Positions 1 to 8,774 are shown, counted from the first letter of the stretch. The stretch is DNA of 52,784 nt from a virus (IMGVR_UViG_3300024258_000612:1-52784), one strand, 5' to 3'. Translations and numbers: made by a program. The notes: generated from the letters alone by a model not told the origin.

Positions 1-919
1 CCTTAAGTTCGCTATTACTCTTGATAGTTGTGCAGGACGCGCTCCTCTACAGTTATTTAATAACGGGGGTATTAGTAATAACCCTGAGTGGGAGCTTTAT
101 ATCACAAACCATCAGAACAACGAGCTCCTGCATTCTGAGTCTTATACTGAAATGGTCCGCGCTATATACAATGACGTGGATGTTTTTATTGAGTCAATCA
201 TAGATGATGAGCATATTCAGAAACGTGCATCTTCAATTCTAGGGGCTTTTGATTGGGCTACTAACGTATTTGATAGAATGGATGCTAATGCTACTTGCAC
301 GAACAATTCAACTTTGGTTCCTTTCCCAGAAGTGGACGAGAAGATGGTTAAGCTCGCTATCTATAAAGCTGCTATCGTGCTTAACATGTTCGAAGGTATT
401 AGATTCTTTGCCACATTCGTAACAGCTTGGAGCTTTAGTGAGCAGCCCGATAAGTTAATGGCAGGTTCTAGTAACATCTTTAAGCTAATCGCTAGAGATG
501 AGATGGTGCACTTAGATGTATTCCAGCGTGTGATTAAGATGCTAAGAACTGACCACAGTGAAGGCTTTGTAGAAGTAGCTACTGAGTTAGAAGATGAAGT
601 ATACGAAATGTATCAAACTGGGTACAATGAAGAGATGGAATGGATCGAATTCTTATTTAGTAAAGGCTCACCCCTTATTGGTATGAACGCAGCTATCCTA
701 AGAGAATATATGGACTACATCTTTGCAGTACGACTTACTAACATTGGTTTAGACCCTAAGAGGGTTGGATTAACGTTGGGTAAGAACCCTCTACCATGGA
801 TTGATAACTACTTAGACAGCTCCCATATTAAATCCGCCCCTCAAGAGATTGAGTCAGTTAATTATGTGGCTGCTATTGATAACTCCCAAGATGAGGACTT
901 TGACCTTGACGATTTATAG
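1..919 (+). CDS. nrdB: Ribonucleotide reductase class Ia beta subunit (5' end outside window)
   Basis: Frame is open from base 2 (LKFAITLDSCAGRAP...NELLHSESYTEM), upstream of the listed ATG at 152. Di-iron ligands LDS, ExxH, FEGIRF and RDEMVH, radical Tyr in HSESY, C-terminal APQEIESVNY. Confidence 0.96.
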   Translation, partial: LKFAITLDSCAGRAPLQLFNNGGISNNPEWELYITNHQNNELLHSESYTEMVRAIYNDVDVFIESIIDDEHIQKRASSILGAFDWATNVFDRMDANATCTNNSTLVPFPEVDEKMVKLAIYKAAIVLNMFEGIRFFATFVTAWSFSEQPDKLMAGSSNIFKLIARDEMVHLDVFQRVIKMLRTDHSEGFVEVATELEDEVYEMYQTGYNEEMEWIEFLFSKGSPLIGMNAAILREYMDYIFAVRLTNIGLDPKRVGLTLGKNPLPWIDNYLDSSHIKSAPQEIESVNYVAAIDNSQDEDFDLDDL

Positions 920-1352
920 TAAAGTAGTAGAGTTAATGGAAGAGGTATTCGAGATATTACCCGAAGGAGTAGACCTGTCAAAAGGAGGACTAGGAGAGTT
1001 AGCTTTAGCAGACCATCTAGGACAATACTTGCACAAAGGAGACAAGGGTGCAGATGCCTACGATATGGAAGGCAACTACTACGAGTATAAGATTTCAACT
1101 ACTGACCAGTTCAACTTCCATTTTGGTTCTAGGGTGCTCAACCCCGAAGCATCGGTAGAAAAGCACTTTAAAAACATAAAAGGAGCTTATTGTGCTAAAA
1201 GAGTGGGTATGAAGATAGTAGACTGTGCTTATGTACCTACTGAACTCTTAGTACCTGCCTTGATTAAGCACTTTAATAGTACTAAAGGAGGTCAGCTAAA
1301 TAAGAACTACAGCATGGCTAAGTTCAAGGCTCTACAACCTAAAGAAATTTAA
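906..1352 (+). CDS. PD-(D/E)XK nuclease, PvuII-like restriction endonuclease fold
   Basis: GADAYDMEGNYYEYK resembles the PvuII catalytic segment as I recall it (GNDAVDNAGQEYELK); similar size. Start uncertain (TTG 906 after GAGGA, or ATG 936). Confidence 0.6.
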   Translation: MTIYSKVVELMEEVFEILPEGVDLSKGGLGELALADHLGQYLHKGDKGADAYDMEGNYYEYKISTTDQFNFHFGSRVLNPEASVEKHFKNIKGAYCAKRVGMKIVDCAYVPTELLVPALIKHFNSTKGGQLNKNYSMAKFKALQPKEI

Positions 1353-1355
1353 TAG

Positions 1356-1383
1356 TTGACAAATTTTAGAAATATGGTATAAT
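1356..1383 (+). promoter_or_regulatory. sigma70-type promoter for the porin gene
   Basis: TTGACA-16 nt-TATAAT with a TG extended -10. Confidence 0.8.
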
Positions 1384-1463
1384 AGTTGTCATATCAAAAA
1401 CTTTTGTATTATTTTGATATAAACTTGTTGCAATTTTGCAACAAAAAACCAAAAGGATATATT

Positions 1464-2333
1464 ATGAAAAAGATTATTATGACTGCAGCATTATTTGCTG
1501 CTACAACTTCAATGGCTGCAGTTGATATTACTGCCAACTATGAGGGCACTATTACTGACGGCAACCCTGGCGCTGCTTCTTATGAGCAGGACTTAGACAT
1601 CACAATGGTAGGCTCTGCTGGGGGTACTACAGTTACTGCAAGTTTTGAAAACCTAACCGGTGGACAGGCGGTAAAGGCTAATCAAGTATGGGTTGATACT
1701 AAGTTTGAGGGTTTAAACTTTAAGGGTGGTAACTTCAAAACTACAAATGGCTCTGGACTTCTACAAAGTGAAGGCGCCGTTGCTAATCAAATGCAAGTAG
1801 GCCTAGATGTTACAGGCGTAAATGTAGTTGTGGGCCAAGTATCTGGTGCTGGCAAAGCTACTGTTGATGCAGCTGCTACTGTAGCAGGTTTGGAAGTGTC
1901 TGCGGAGAACGTAACTGCAACTGATCGTTTAATTACTGTTGTTGCGAATTTCTTCGGTTTTAACACAACTGTAGAGACTCAAGAAACTTCTGTAGCACGT
2001 AACACTGCAGTTTCGGCTGGATTAGATGTTTCTATTGCAGAAGGTACTTCAGTTGCTTTAACTGGTGTTTATATTGATGTTAAAGATGCTGCAGGTGTCA
2101 CTCAAGACGACGGTATCCTAGGAGACATCTCAGACGCTACTACAGGTTCAACTGTTAAAGGGGCGGTTGCTTCATTGAATACTGCTGTAGGTAATGTTAC
2201 AGGTAAGTACTCTGTTAAGAATGATAAGAATACAATTACTGCCGAAGTTGAGCGCGGTGTTTGGACTCTAGGCCATACTAAAACAGAAGATACTTCTGGT
2301 GTAACAACTGCTAAAATTAACGTTGCATTTTAA
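1464..2333 (+). CDS. Outer-membrane beta-barrel protein (porin-like)
   Basis: AAGGA RBS then ATG 1464. Signal peptide MKKIIMTAALFAATTSMA, alternating amphipathic beta-strand pattern, C-terminal beta-signal KINVAF. Confidence 0.8.
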   Translation: MKKIIMTAALFAATTSMAAVDITANYEGTITDGNPGAASYEQDLDITMVGSAGGTTVTASFENLTGGQAVKANQVWVDTKFEGLNFKGGNFKTTNGSGLLQSEGAVANQMQVGLDVTGVNVVVGQVSGAGKATVDAAATVAGLEVSAENVTATDRLITVVANFFGFNTTVETQETSVARNTAVSAGLDVSIAEGTSVALTGVYIDVKDAAGVTQDDGILGDISDATTGSTVKGAVASLNTAVGNVTGKYSVKNDKNTITAEVERGVWTLGHTKTEDTSGVTTAKINVAF

Positions 2334-2351
2334 GTAACCGTTGATTGAAGG

Positions 2352-2374
2352 AGCCCCTTAATTGGGGCTTTTTT
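2352..2374 (+). terminator. Rho-independent terminator
   Basis: AGCCCC-TTAATT-GGGGCT followed by a T-run. Confidence 0.9.
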
Positions 2375-2396
2375 ACGCCTTTCTAAAAAATAATAC

Positions 2397-2425
2397 TTGA
2401 CAAATTGCTTAAAATAAAGTATAAT
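2397..2425 (+). promoter_or_regulatory. sigma70-type phage promoter
   Basis: TTGACA-17 nt-TATAAT with upstream A-tract. Confidence 0.9.
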
Positions 2426-2452
2426 ATTGTTTTAGAAATTGAGAAACTTAGC

Positions 2453-2761
2453 ATGATTTTCGGTAACAATTCTTTCGCATTAGATATAGCCAGCTTTTGC
2501 TACAACTATCTTGGGTTAACTAAAGAGGTTAACATAGACACGGTCGAAGGCTTAGACGCAGACGGCTACTGTTGCGAAGATGGAACTATTGAAATAAACC
2601 ATGCTCTCCCTAAAGAGACTTTTATATTGACGGTGTGCCACGAGATGATACACTGTATGCAGTATGAGAGAAATAGAAACGCCTGTGAAGAAGAGGCGTA
2701 CACACGAGAAGTTGAACTATTCAACAAGTACAAGGAGTACACAAATGCAAAAACTAATTAA
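2453..2761 (+). CDS. Small zinc metallopeptidase-like protein (HEXXH)
   Basis: VCHEMIHCMQ followed by EEEAY. ATG 2453 lies downstream of the promoter; the listed 2405 start is inside the promoter. Confidence 0.7.
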   Translation: MIFGNNSFALDIASFCYNYLGLTKEVNIDTVEGLDADGYCCEDGTIEINHALPKETFILTVCHEMIHCMQYERNRNACEEEAYTREVELFNKYKEYTNAKTN

Positions 2762-2825
2762 ACTATGGGTTGATAACTGCCCTTTACCAAAACTGTACCG
2801 ATACATCAAAACTTTAGATAAATGA
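2745..2825 (+). CDS. Putative 26-aa microprotein (MQKLIKLWVDNCPLPKLYRYIKTLDK)
   Basis: AAGGAG RBS; fills the gap; ATGA overlap with the next ORF. Confidence 0.45.
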   Translation: MQKLIKLWVDNCPLPKLYRYIKTLDK

Positions 2826-3019
2826 AGGCACTAATACTAATGCTCGCTTTAAGCGGAAGTGCACTAGCGTGTAATGAAAATCAACTGCTAGCAAATGGGT
2901 ATATCGCCCAGTATATGGCAATCGAAAGAGAAAGGATGTTAGTTGAAAAACAACTACAAGAGTGGGAGAACTATAAACTGGCCAACGGTTATTGGGACTA
3001 CGTAAACTGGGAGAGATAG
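2822..3019 (+). CDS. Small secreted protein
   Basis: Signal peptide MKALILMLALSGSALA; tightly coupled to neighbours. Confidence 0.65.
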   Translation: MKALILMLALSGSALACNENQLLANGYIAQYMAIERERMLVEKQLQEWENYKLANGYWDYVNWER

Positions 3020-3310
3020 ATGAGCTTAGATAGAACAGGAAACGGGTACTTAGTTGACCCAACAACATGGTCAATAGATGTAATGCATAAAATGGCTATT
3101 GAAGATGAGCTTGAATTAACCGATTCAATGGTTAATCAAATAGAGAAGGCTCGCGAATATTTCGCGGAGAACTCGAGCGTACCCCCAATTAGAACATTTT
3201 CTAAGTATATAGGTATTGATAAGAAGATACTATTTAAAGAATGGCTAACAGGTCCAATGAAGCCTATCACTAAGTACGGTGGTATGCCCCAACCTACGGG
3301 GTGCGTATAA
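3020..3310 (+). CDS. dsrC: TusE/DsrC/DsvC-family sulfur relay protein, single C-terminal cysteine
   Basis: N-terminal GYLVDPTTWS and C-terminal GP...GGMPQPTGCV are family hallmarks; the second Cys of CX10C is absent. Confidence 0.9.
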   Translation: MSLDRTGNGYLVDPTTWSIDVMHKMAIEDELELTDSMVNQIEKAREYFAENSSVPPIRTFSKYIGIDKKILFKEWLTGPMKPITKYGGMPQPTGCV

Positions 3311-3432
3311 TGGAAGTAGTAGACGTACTATTTGGCTTCGTAATGATGCTAGGGGCCTGGTTGGCTTACTTATGTGGTCGAGACACTAGTTGTTTAAAAT
3401 GCAAGAGTGGAGAAACAGAATGCGACAAGTAG
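3310..3432 (+). CDS. Putative 40-aa membrane microprotein with Cys-rich tail
   Basis: MEVVDVLFGFVMMLGAWLAYLCGRDTSCLKCKSGETECDK; TAATG overlap with the dsrC stop. Confidence 0.5.
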   Translation: MEVVDVLFGFVMMLGAWLAYLCGRDTSCLKCKSGETECDK

Positions 3433-3821
3433 AGAAGTACAAATATAAGAACGGGTGGGTTCAAAATCTTAAATGGTGTACAATCCCCATTCTATTAGTA
3501 GCCTCTTTAGCACTTACTAGCGTTGCTAAAGCTGGTGATGTTTATGCGGTTTGGGTACCTAAAGGTGTTATTACTATGGACGTAGTTAAACAAGACGGCC
3601 AAGGGAGTTCAGGTACTTGGCTGTGTAAGTCCTTAAAGGCCTGTTATACTAAAGTACTAGAGGCAGAAGAAAGAGGTGCCACAGAGTACTGCGAGACTAT
3701 CACTATCAAGAGGGATGGAGTGCCCGTATGGCATAGAGATTACACCTCCCCCTACTGGGTAGCACTGCAGAATACTAGTAGTATGGAATTCCCTACGAGA
3801 GGTAGACAGTGGGAGCATTAA
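3420..3821 (+). CDS. Hypothetical exported or membrane-anchored protein
   Basis: GGAG RBS before ATG 3420; hydrophobic segment ending in AKA; several Cys. Confidence 0.65.
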   Translation: MRQVEKYKYKNGWVQNLKWCTIPILLVASLALTSVAKAGDVYAVWVPKGVITMDVVKQDGQGSSGTWLCKSLKACYTKVLEAEERGATEYCETITIKRDGVPVWHRDYTSPYWVALQNTSSMEFPTRGRQWEH

Positions 3822-4027
3822 GTCAGCACTTTGAGGAACTAGAAGAGAAACATAAAGAGGCAGTAATAGCTCTAGAAGTTAGAATCTTAGACCTAGAAGC
3901 TGAGTTATCAAACCTCAAAAGCCGTTACGATTCTCTATGTGGGAAAGTTAGGAAAAACGCTAATGATGCTAGAAACTACTCGGAAGGGGATAACTTTTTA
4001 AGAAGTTATGCAGCAACTTGGAAGTAG
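3809..4027 (+). CDS. Hypothetical coiled-coil protein
   Basis: Heptad pattern; GAGG RBS. Confidence 0.6.
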   Translation: MGALSQHFEELEEKHKEAVIALEVRILDLEAELSNLKSRYDSLCGKVRKNANDARNYSEGDNFLRSYAATWK

Positions 4028-4029
4028 GT

Positions 4030-4155
4030 ATGTTCGAAGTATTAATAGGGTTATACATGATGTGGGTAGTATGGCTGGTAGCATCCACCGTAGATATAGT
4101 GGATGTTATTACGGGGGGTAGACGTAGAAAACGTGTTAAAGTAAATAGAGGTTAG
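4030..4155 (+). CDS. Putative 41-aa membrane microprotein with basic tail
   Basis: MFEVLIGLYMMWVVWLVASTVDIVDVITGGRRRKRVKVNRG; starts 2 nt after the previous stop. Confidence 0.5.
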   Translation: MFEVLIGLYMMWVVWLVASTVDIVDVITGGRRRKRVKVNRG

Positions 4156-4168
4156 CTTAAAAAATATC

Positions 4169-4197
4169 TTGACAGTCTGTTGAAACTTCTGTATAAT
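4169..4197 (+). promoter_or_regulatory. sigma70-type phage promoter
   Basis: TTGACA-17 nt-TATAAT with upstream A-tract. Confidence 0.9.
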
Positions 4198-4232
4198 ATA
4201 CATTATAAAGAATCGAAAAAGGAAAATAAGAA

Positions 4233-4505
4233 ATGAAAGAGATAAATTTTCAGTATAAGAAGACCCCTAGCGAAGTAACTCTGAGAAAAGCTTTTGTGCT
4301 ACAACAGCCTACCAATAATTACTTTACTTTAGACACAACGGAACTAAACTTTGAGGAGCAGAAGGAGTTAGAGGAAGGTTTGCAAATGCTTCAACAAAAC
4401 ATCGACGAAGCATTTGCTAGCAGGACAGCCTGGGTTAAAGAGCACGGGTTTGGCTCCTACTATAGAAGCTTTAACCAAGAAAAGATGAGTATATTTAGAG
4501 ATTAA
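4233..4505 (+). CDS. Hypothetical protein
   Basis: ORF with AAGGA RBS downstream of the promoter. Confidence 0.7.
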   Translation: MKEINFQYKKTPSEVTLRKAFVLQQPTNNYFTLDTTELNFEEQKELEEGLQMLQQNIDEAFASRTAWVKEHGFGSYYRSFNQEKMSIFRD

Positions 4506-4569
4506 CGCTATCTCTTCGTACGGCTAATGAAAACCTTATAAGTATTTTTGACATAAAATAAAATAAAAC

Positions 4570-4598
4570 TTGACAAATTGGTTAAACTTTAGTATAAT
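4570..4598 (+). promoter_or_regulatory. sigma70-type phage promoter
   Basis: TTGACA-17 nt-TATAAT preceded by AAAAT repeats (UP-like). Confidence 0.9.
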
Positions 4599-4666
4599 AT
4601 ATATTCTGAAATCGAGAGATTAAGCAGAAAATCGATAAATAACAATTAAATATAGGATAGAATAAG

Positions 4667-5020
4667 ATGGCATGGGATGACGAAAAGAAAGCACAAGCAG
4701 TAGCAATGTATGAAGGGGCTAACCCGACTCCGGAAAACTCAATGGAAGTTGTAAAGGATTTAGCAGATGAATTAGACGAGTCACCAAACGGTGTAAGAAT
4801 GATTCTAACTAAAGCAGGAGTTTATATCAAGAAGGCAGCCTCTAGTAAGAGTGCTAGTGGTGGTACTGCTTCAAAGCGTGTATCTAAAGCAGACAGTCAA
4901 GATGAATTGATCTCTGCAATTACAGATGCAGGACAGACAGCGGACGAAGATATTATTACTAAGTTATCAGGCAAAGCCTGTCTGTATATGGCTAGTGTAA
5001 TTAAGAAAATTAACGGCTAA
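4667..5020 (+). CDS. D3: T5 D3-like DNA-binding protein
   Basis: SMEVV...PNGVRMILTKAGVYIKK...RVSKA...IITKLSGKA recalled as T5 D3; synteny. Confidence 0.8.
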   Translation: MAWDDEKKAQAVAMYEGANPTPENSMEVVKDLADELDESPNGVRMILTKAGVYIKKAASSKSASGGTASKRVSKADSQDELISAITDAGQTADEDIITKLSGKACLYMASVIKKING

Positions 5021-5031
5021 ATAATAAAGTT

Positions 5032-5057
5032 ACTGGAGGCTGCTCCAGTTTCTTTTT
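5032..5057 (+). terminator. Rho-independent terminator
   Basis: ACTGGAG-GCTG-CTCCAGT followed by TTCTTTTT. Confidence 0.75.
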
Positions 5058-5074
5058 CTAATAGGAGATAACGT

Positions 5075-5692
5075 ATGGCACGAGGTGGTATTAAATCTAA
5101 GGAAGGCGAGAAGCTAGACGAAGTTAACGTACAGTATGTAATCGGCCTATTAGAAAAGGAGACAAAACCTATAACCAAGAAAGAAGCGTGTTCTATACTT
5201 CGTATAGCATACAATACTACTAGGTTAACTAAGATTGTCGAGAACCATAAGGAACAACAAGCAACGTACGCCCGTCTTAGGGCAAAGAAGCGAGGGAAGC
5301 CTGCATCTGACATAGAGGTCAGTAGTATAATCGAGTATTATATTAAAGGAGACTCTATGGTAGACATCTCGAAATCTTTGTTCAGGAGCGTCGCCTTTGT
5401 AAAGGGTATTTTGGAAAGGTATAACGTTCCGAAACGCTCTACATCAACGGACTATTTCAGCCCAGAGTTGCTCCCCGATGAAGCTCTTTCCGAAGACTTC
5501 GACAAGGGTGAAGTAGTATGGTCTGCTAGGTATAATACCGTTGCGACAGTAGAAAGCTTTCTGCCTTTGAACAGTATTCATGGCAAATGTTATAGAATAT
5601 GGATAAAGGGTAGTCGTGCAAGATACGCGTCACAACCTTGGTATGAACTCGGCAAACTATCACACTTAAACAACCTAGGAGTAAAAATTTAG
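5075..5692 (+). CDS. D2: T5 D2-like protein
   Basis: TKKEACSIL, KKRG, YIKGDS...RSVAFVKGILERY, GEVVW, CYRIW and HLNNLGV recalled as T5 D2; synteny. Confidence 0.75.
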   Translation: MARGGIKSKEGEKLDEVNVQYVIGLLEKETKPITKKEACSILRIAYNTTRLTKIVENHKEQQATYARLRAKKRGKPASDIEVSSIIEYYIKGDSMVDISKSLFRSVAFVKGILERYNVPKRSTSTDYFSPELLPDEALSEDFDKGEVVWSARYNTVATVESFLPLNSIHGKCYRIWIKGSRARYASQPWYELGKLSHLNNLGVKI

Positions 5693-5964
5693 TGGATAGA
5701 AAAGTTCTAGAAAGTAAGATGGCATCATTCGGTGATGCTGTAGTAACCTACAGAAGTAAAGTTAGTAAGAAGTTAAAGTACAATGTGTGTACCTCTAACT
5801 TTGATAATAGCTATATACAAGATAAACGTAACGTAGTTAAAGTTAGTGATGACTGTATACTACTTTTCTGTTGGGATACAAATAGTTATAGACAAATAAA
5901 CGTACAGGATATCACTGGAGTACAACCTCTAGGGGCCTCCTTACGAAACCAGAGAAAATACTAG
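5692..5964 (+). CDS. Conserved T5-like hypothetical protein
   Basis: Lies between D2/D3 and the PC4-like gene; translational coupling. Confidence 0.65.
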   Translation: MDRKVLESKMASFGDAVVTYRSKVSKKLKYNVCTSNFDNSYIQDKRNVVKVSDDCILLFCWDTNSYRQINVQDITGVQPLGASLRNQRKY

Positions 5965-6273
5965 ATGAATGAAGTAGATAGCAACGATGTCTACGAGAGA
6001 ATAATTTACGAAAATCCAGATAAAGAGACACAGTATCGAGTAGTTGTATCAACTTTTCGAGAGATAGAATATATACATATCAGGAAGTATTATTTAGACT
6101 TTGAAGGGGAGTACATGCCAACTAAAGAAGGCGTATGTTTCCCATTTGAACTAACTAATGTTTCCAACTTATTCGCAGCATTAGTAGAGATACTTTCACT
6201 AGCTGAGTCTAAAAGTGAGATACTAGAACATTTTGAAGAACAGATAAGAGACTTATACCCTAATGACAATTAA
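5965..6273 (+). CDS. PC4/p15-like ssDNA-binding protein
   Basis: VSTFREIEYIHIRKYYLDFEGEYMPTKEGV is the PC4 signature. Confidence 0.85.
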   Translation: MNEVDSNDVYERIIYENPDKETQYRVVVSTFREIEYIHIRKYYLDFEGEYMPTKEGVCFPFELTNVSNLFAALVEILSLAESKSEILEHFEEQIRDLYPNDN

Positions 6274-7195
6274 ACTATTAAAACAAGCTAGTAAAGCATA
6301 CTATGAAGGCACTCCAATCATGTCAGATGATGAATTTGACAGGCTTGCTGACACCCATAAGTGGGAAGATATAGGTTACAGCCCTGATTCAAGGGAGCCT
6401 CATATCTTCCCACTTTTTTCTCTCCAAAAGGTTTTCTTAGGGGAGGACGTAGCTCCAGAGTACGGAACTAAAGTTATTGAAACCCCTAAATTAGATGGTG
6501 CCGCCATCTCCTTATACTATAAAGGAGGTAACCTAGTTAGAGTGCTAACTAGAGGAGACGGTAAAGAAGGTATCAATGTTACCGGCAAGTTCAAAGCCAG
6601 CAACATTGTCCCTTTAACCATCAATAACTTTGGGGAGGTCCAAATAACTGGTGAAATAGTAGCCCCGAAAGAAATAGCTAATGCTAGGAACTACGCTGCT
6701 GGTGCTTTGAACTTAAAAGAAGCATCGGAGTTTATGAAACGTGAGTTAACATTCATCGCTTATAATGTACAGCCTTGCTTTAGTGATACGTACTCTAATG
6801 ATATGTATTTACTAGAAGCTTTAGGGTTTAACGTAGTTACTAAAGAGTCTTGGAGCCAGTTCCCCGAAGATGGTAGAGTATTTAGAGTAGACTCTAATGA
6901 ATCGTTCGAAGACCTAGGGTTCACTGCCCACCACCCAAGAGGAGCATTTGCTTTAAAAACTCGAGAACAGGGAGTCGTAACTACTCTATTAGACGTAGTA
7001 TGGCAGACCGGTAAGAGTGGTAAAGTAACTCCTGTTGCTCTTTTAGAGCCTGTTTACATCGAAGAAGCTAAGGTATCACGAGCTACTTTGAACAACATGG
7101 CTTATATAGAAGAACTCAACTTAGAGATAGGTTGTGAAGTGGAAGTTATCAGAGCTGGAAAAATTATACCCTGTGTAATTTCCAGAGTCTATTAG
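6263..7195 (+). CDS. ligA: NAD-dependent DNA ligase subunit A (adenylation and OB domains)
   Basis: AYYEG..IMSDDEFD, KLDG adenylation motif, TRGDG, RATLNN. Confidence 0.95.
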   Translation: MTIKLLKQASKAYYEGTPIMSDDEFDRLADTHKWEDIGYSPDSREPHIFPLFSLQKVFLGEDVAPEYGTKVIETPKLDGAAISLYYKGGNLVRVLTRGDGKEGINVTGKFKASNIVPLTINNFGEVQITGEIVAPKEIANARNYAAGALNLKEASEFMKRELTFIAYNVQPCFSDTYSNDMYLLEALGFNVVTKESWSQFPEDGRVFRVDSNESFEDLGFTAHHPRGAFALKTREQGVVTTLLDVVWQTGKSGKVTPVALLEPVYIEEAKVSRATLNNMAYIEELNLEIGCEVEVIRAGKIIPCVISRVY

Positions 7196-7214
7196 ACATT
7201 CTAAAAAATAAGAC

Positions 7215-7243
7215 TTGACATTATGGTCAATTGTTAGTATAAT
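7215..7243 (+). promoter_or_regulatory. sigma70-type promoter between the ligase halves
   Basis: TTGACA-17 nt-TATAAT. Confidence 0.9.
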
Positions 7244-7268
7244 ATATATTCAAAAGTGAGAAATAGAT

Positions 7269-8024
7269 ATGCAATTTAAGAAAATAGTTGCTCCTACTAC
7301 GTGTCCTTCATGTAGTTCCGAGTTAGAGATAGTTAAAGATCAATTATTCTGTCGCAGTAAAGATTGTTCCGCCCAATCAACAAAAAAGGTAGAACATTTT
7401 GCTAAGACATTGAAGATCAAAGGCCTAGGGCCAAAGACTATTGATAAACTAGAGTTGAATAGCATCCCCGATATCTACGCTATCTCACCTGATGTAATAA
7501 ATGCCGTAATTGGGGATAAGCTGGGTGACAAGCTGTTTAGCAAAATAGAAGAGAGTAAACAAGCTGACCTAACTACCCTAATCGCGGCATTTTCTATCCC
7601 ATTAATCGGTAGCACTGCTGCTAGTAAATTGTCTAAAGTAATTACTCATATAGAGGACATTGACTTAGACTACTGCTCAAAAGCAGGACTAGGACCTAAA
7701 GCGTGTGACAGTTTAATGGCCTGGATGTACTCTGACTACTATGGAGAACTTGAATCATTACCCTTTGATTTCAAAGTCTCTGAAGTATCAGAAGTCTCTC
7801 CAGTAGAAACCAACGGTAAAAGTGTTTGCATCACCGGTAAACTACTAAATTACAAGAATAGAACCTTGGCAGGTGCTTACTTAGAGTCTTTAGGATATTC
7901 AATTATGAAATCCGTTACAAAAAAGACAGATTATTTAGTAGATGAAGAAGGCAAACAATCAAGCAAACGTACCAAAGCAGAGAGCTATGGTACACCTATT
8001 GTAAATATAAAAGATTTAATTTAA
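7269..8024 (+). CDS. ligB: NAD-dependent DNA ligase subunit B (Zn finger, HhH, BRCT)
   Basis: CPSC...FC...C zinc finger, IKGLGPKT HhH, VCITG...SVTKKTDYLV BRCT. Confidence 0.93.
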   Translation: MQFKKIVAPTTCPSCSSELEIVKDQLFCRSKDCSAQSTKKVEHFAKTLKIKGLGPKTIDKLELNSIPDIYAISPDVINAVIGDKLGDKLFSKIEESKQADLTTLIAAFSIPLIGSTAASKLSKVITHIEDIDLDYCSKAGLGPKACDSLMAWMYSDYYGELESLPFDFKVSEVSEVSPVETNGKSVCITGKLLNYKNRTLAGAYLESLGYSIMKSVTKKTDYLVDEEGKQSSKRTKAESYGTPIVNIKDLI

Positions 8025-8036
8025 GGAAAATATAAA

Positions 8037-8774
8037 ATGGCAAATTCAATCCCAAAGTGGACAGACGAACGCACAGACACATTAACAAACCTAGTAGGCT
8101 CAGAGTCTCCAGTAACTCAAGCTATGGTATCTTCTACAGCGACAGCTTTAGACACTACTACTCGCTCAGTTAGCTCAAAGCTACGTAAGATGGGTTTTGA
8201 TGTAGAACTAGCATCTGCATCACACACAAAAGCATTTTCAGATTCTGAAGAAGCTACTTTACGTTCATTCGTAGAAGACAACAGCGGTTCTTACACTTAC
8301 GCTGACATCGCTGGTTCATTCTCAGACGGTAAATACTCAGCTAAGAGCATCCAAGGAAAGTTACTTTCTATGGAACTAACTGCACACGTTAAGCCTACTG
8401 AGAAGCCAGTAACTGTACGTACTTACACTGAAGCTGAAGAAGCTACTTTCTTAGAAATGGTTAGCAATAACGCATTCGTAGAAGAAATCGCTGATGCGTT
8501 AGGTAAGTCAATCAATTCTGTACGTGGTAAAGCATTGTCTTTCTTACGTAACGGTGACATTTCTGCTATTCCAGCACAGAAAGAGTCTCGTGCTGCATCT
8601 AAAGTAGACGCATTAGACGCTATCGGTGACATCACTAGCATGACTATTGAGCAAATCGCTGAGTCTATCGACAAGACTGCTCGTGGTGTAAAAACTATGC
8701 TTACTCGTCGTGGCTTGACTTGTTCAAACTACGATGGTGCTAAGAAAGCAGCTAAAAACGCAGCTAAAGCCTAA
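8037..8774 (+). CDS. D5: T5 D5-like DNA-binding transcription regulator
   Basis: Repeated HTH-like units; KTARGVKTMLTRRGL; follows ligB as in T5. Confidence 0.85.
   Translation: MANSIPKWTDERTDTLTNLVGSESPVTQAMVSSTATALDTTTRSVSSKLRKMGFDVELASASHTKAFSDSEEATLRSFVEDNSGSYTYADIAGSFSDGKYSAKSIQGKLLSMELTAHVKPTEKPVTVRTYTEAEEATFLEMVSNNAFVEEIADALGKSINSVRGKALSFLRNGDISAIPAQKESRAASKVDALDAIGDITSMTIEQIAESIDKTARGVKTMLTRRGLTCSNYDGAKKAAKNAAKA

Noticed and set aside
1386-1463. Longer starts in the ORF track (1386, 2405, 16522, 25072, 36039, 39492, 45678)
   Set aside because: They overlap promoters, terminators or upstream genes; downstream ATGs have better RBS or coupling.
4548-4553. Extra TTGACA upstream of the promoter at 4570
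   Set aside because: No -10 box at a suitable spacing.
6263-8024. Split ligase as a pseudogene or intron-interrupted gene
   Set aside because: A two-gene NAD ligase is normal in T5-like phages; both halves are intact and the gap holds a promoter.
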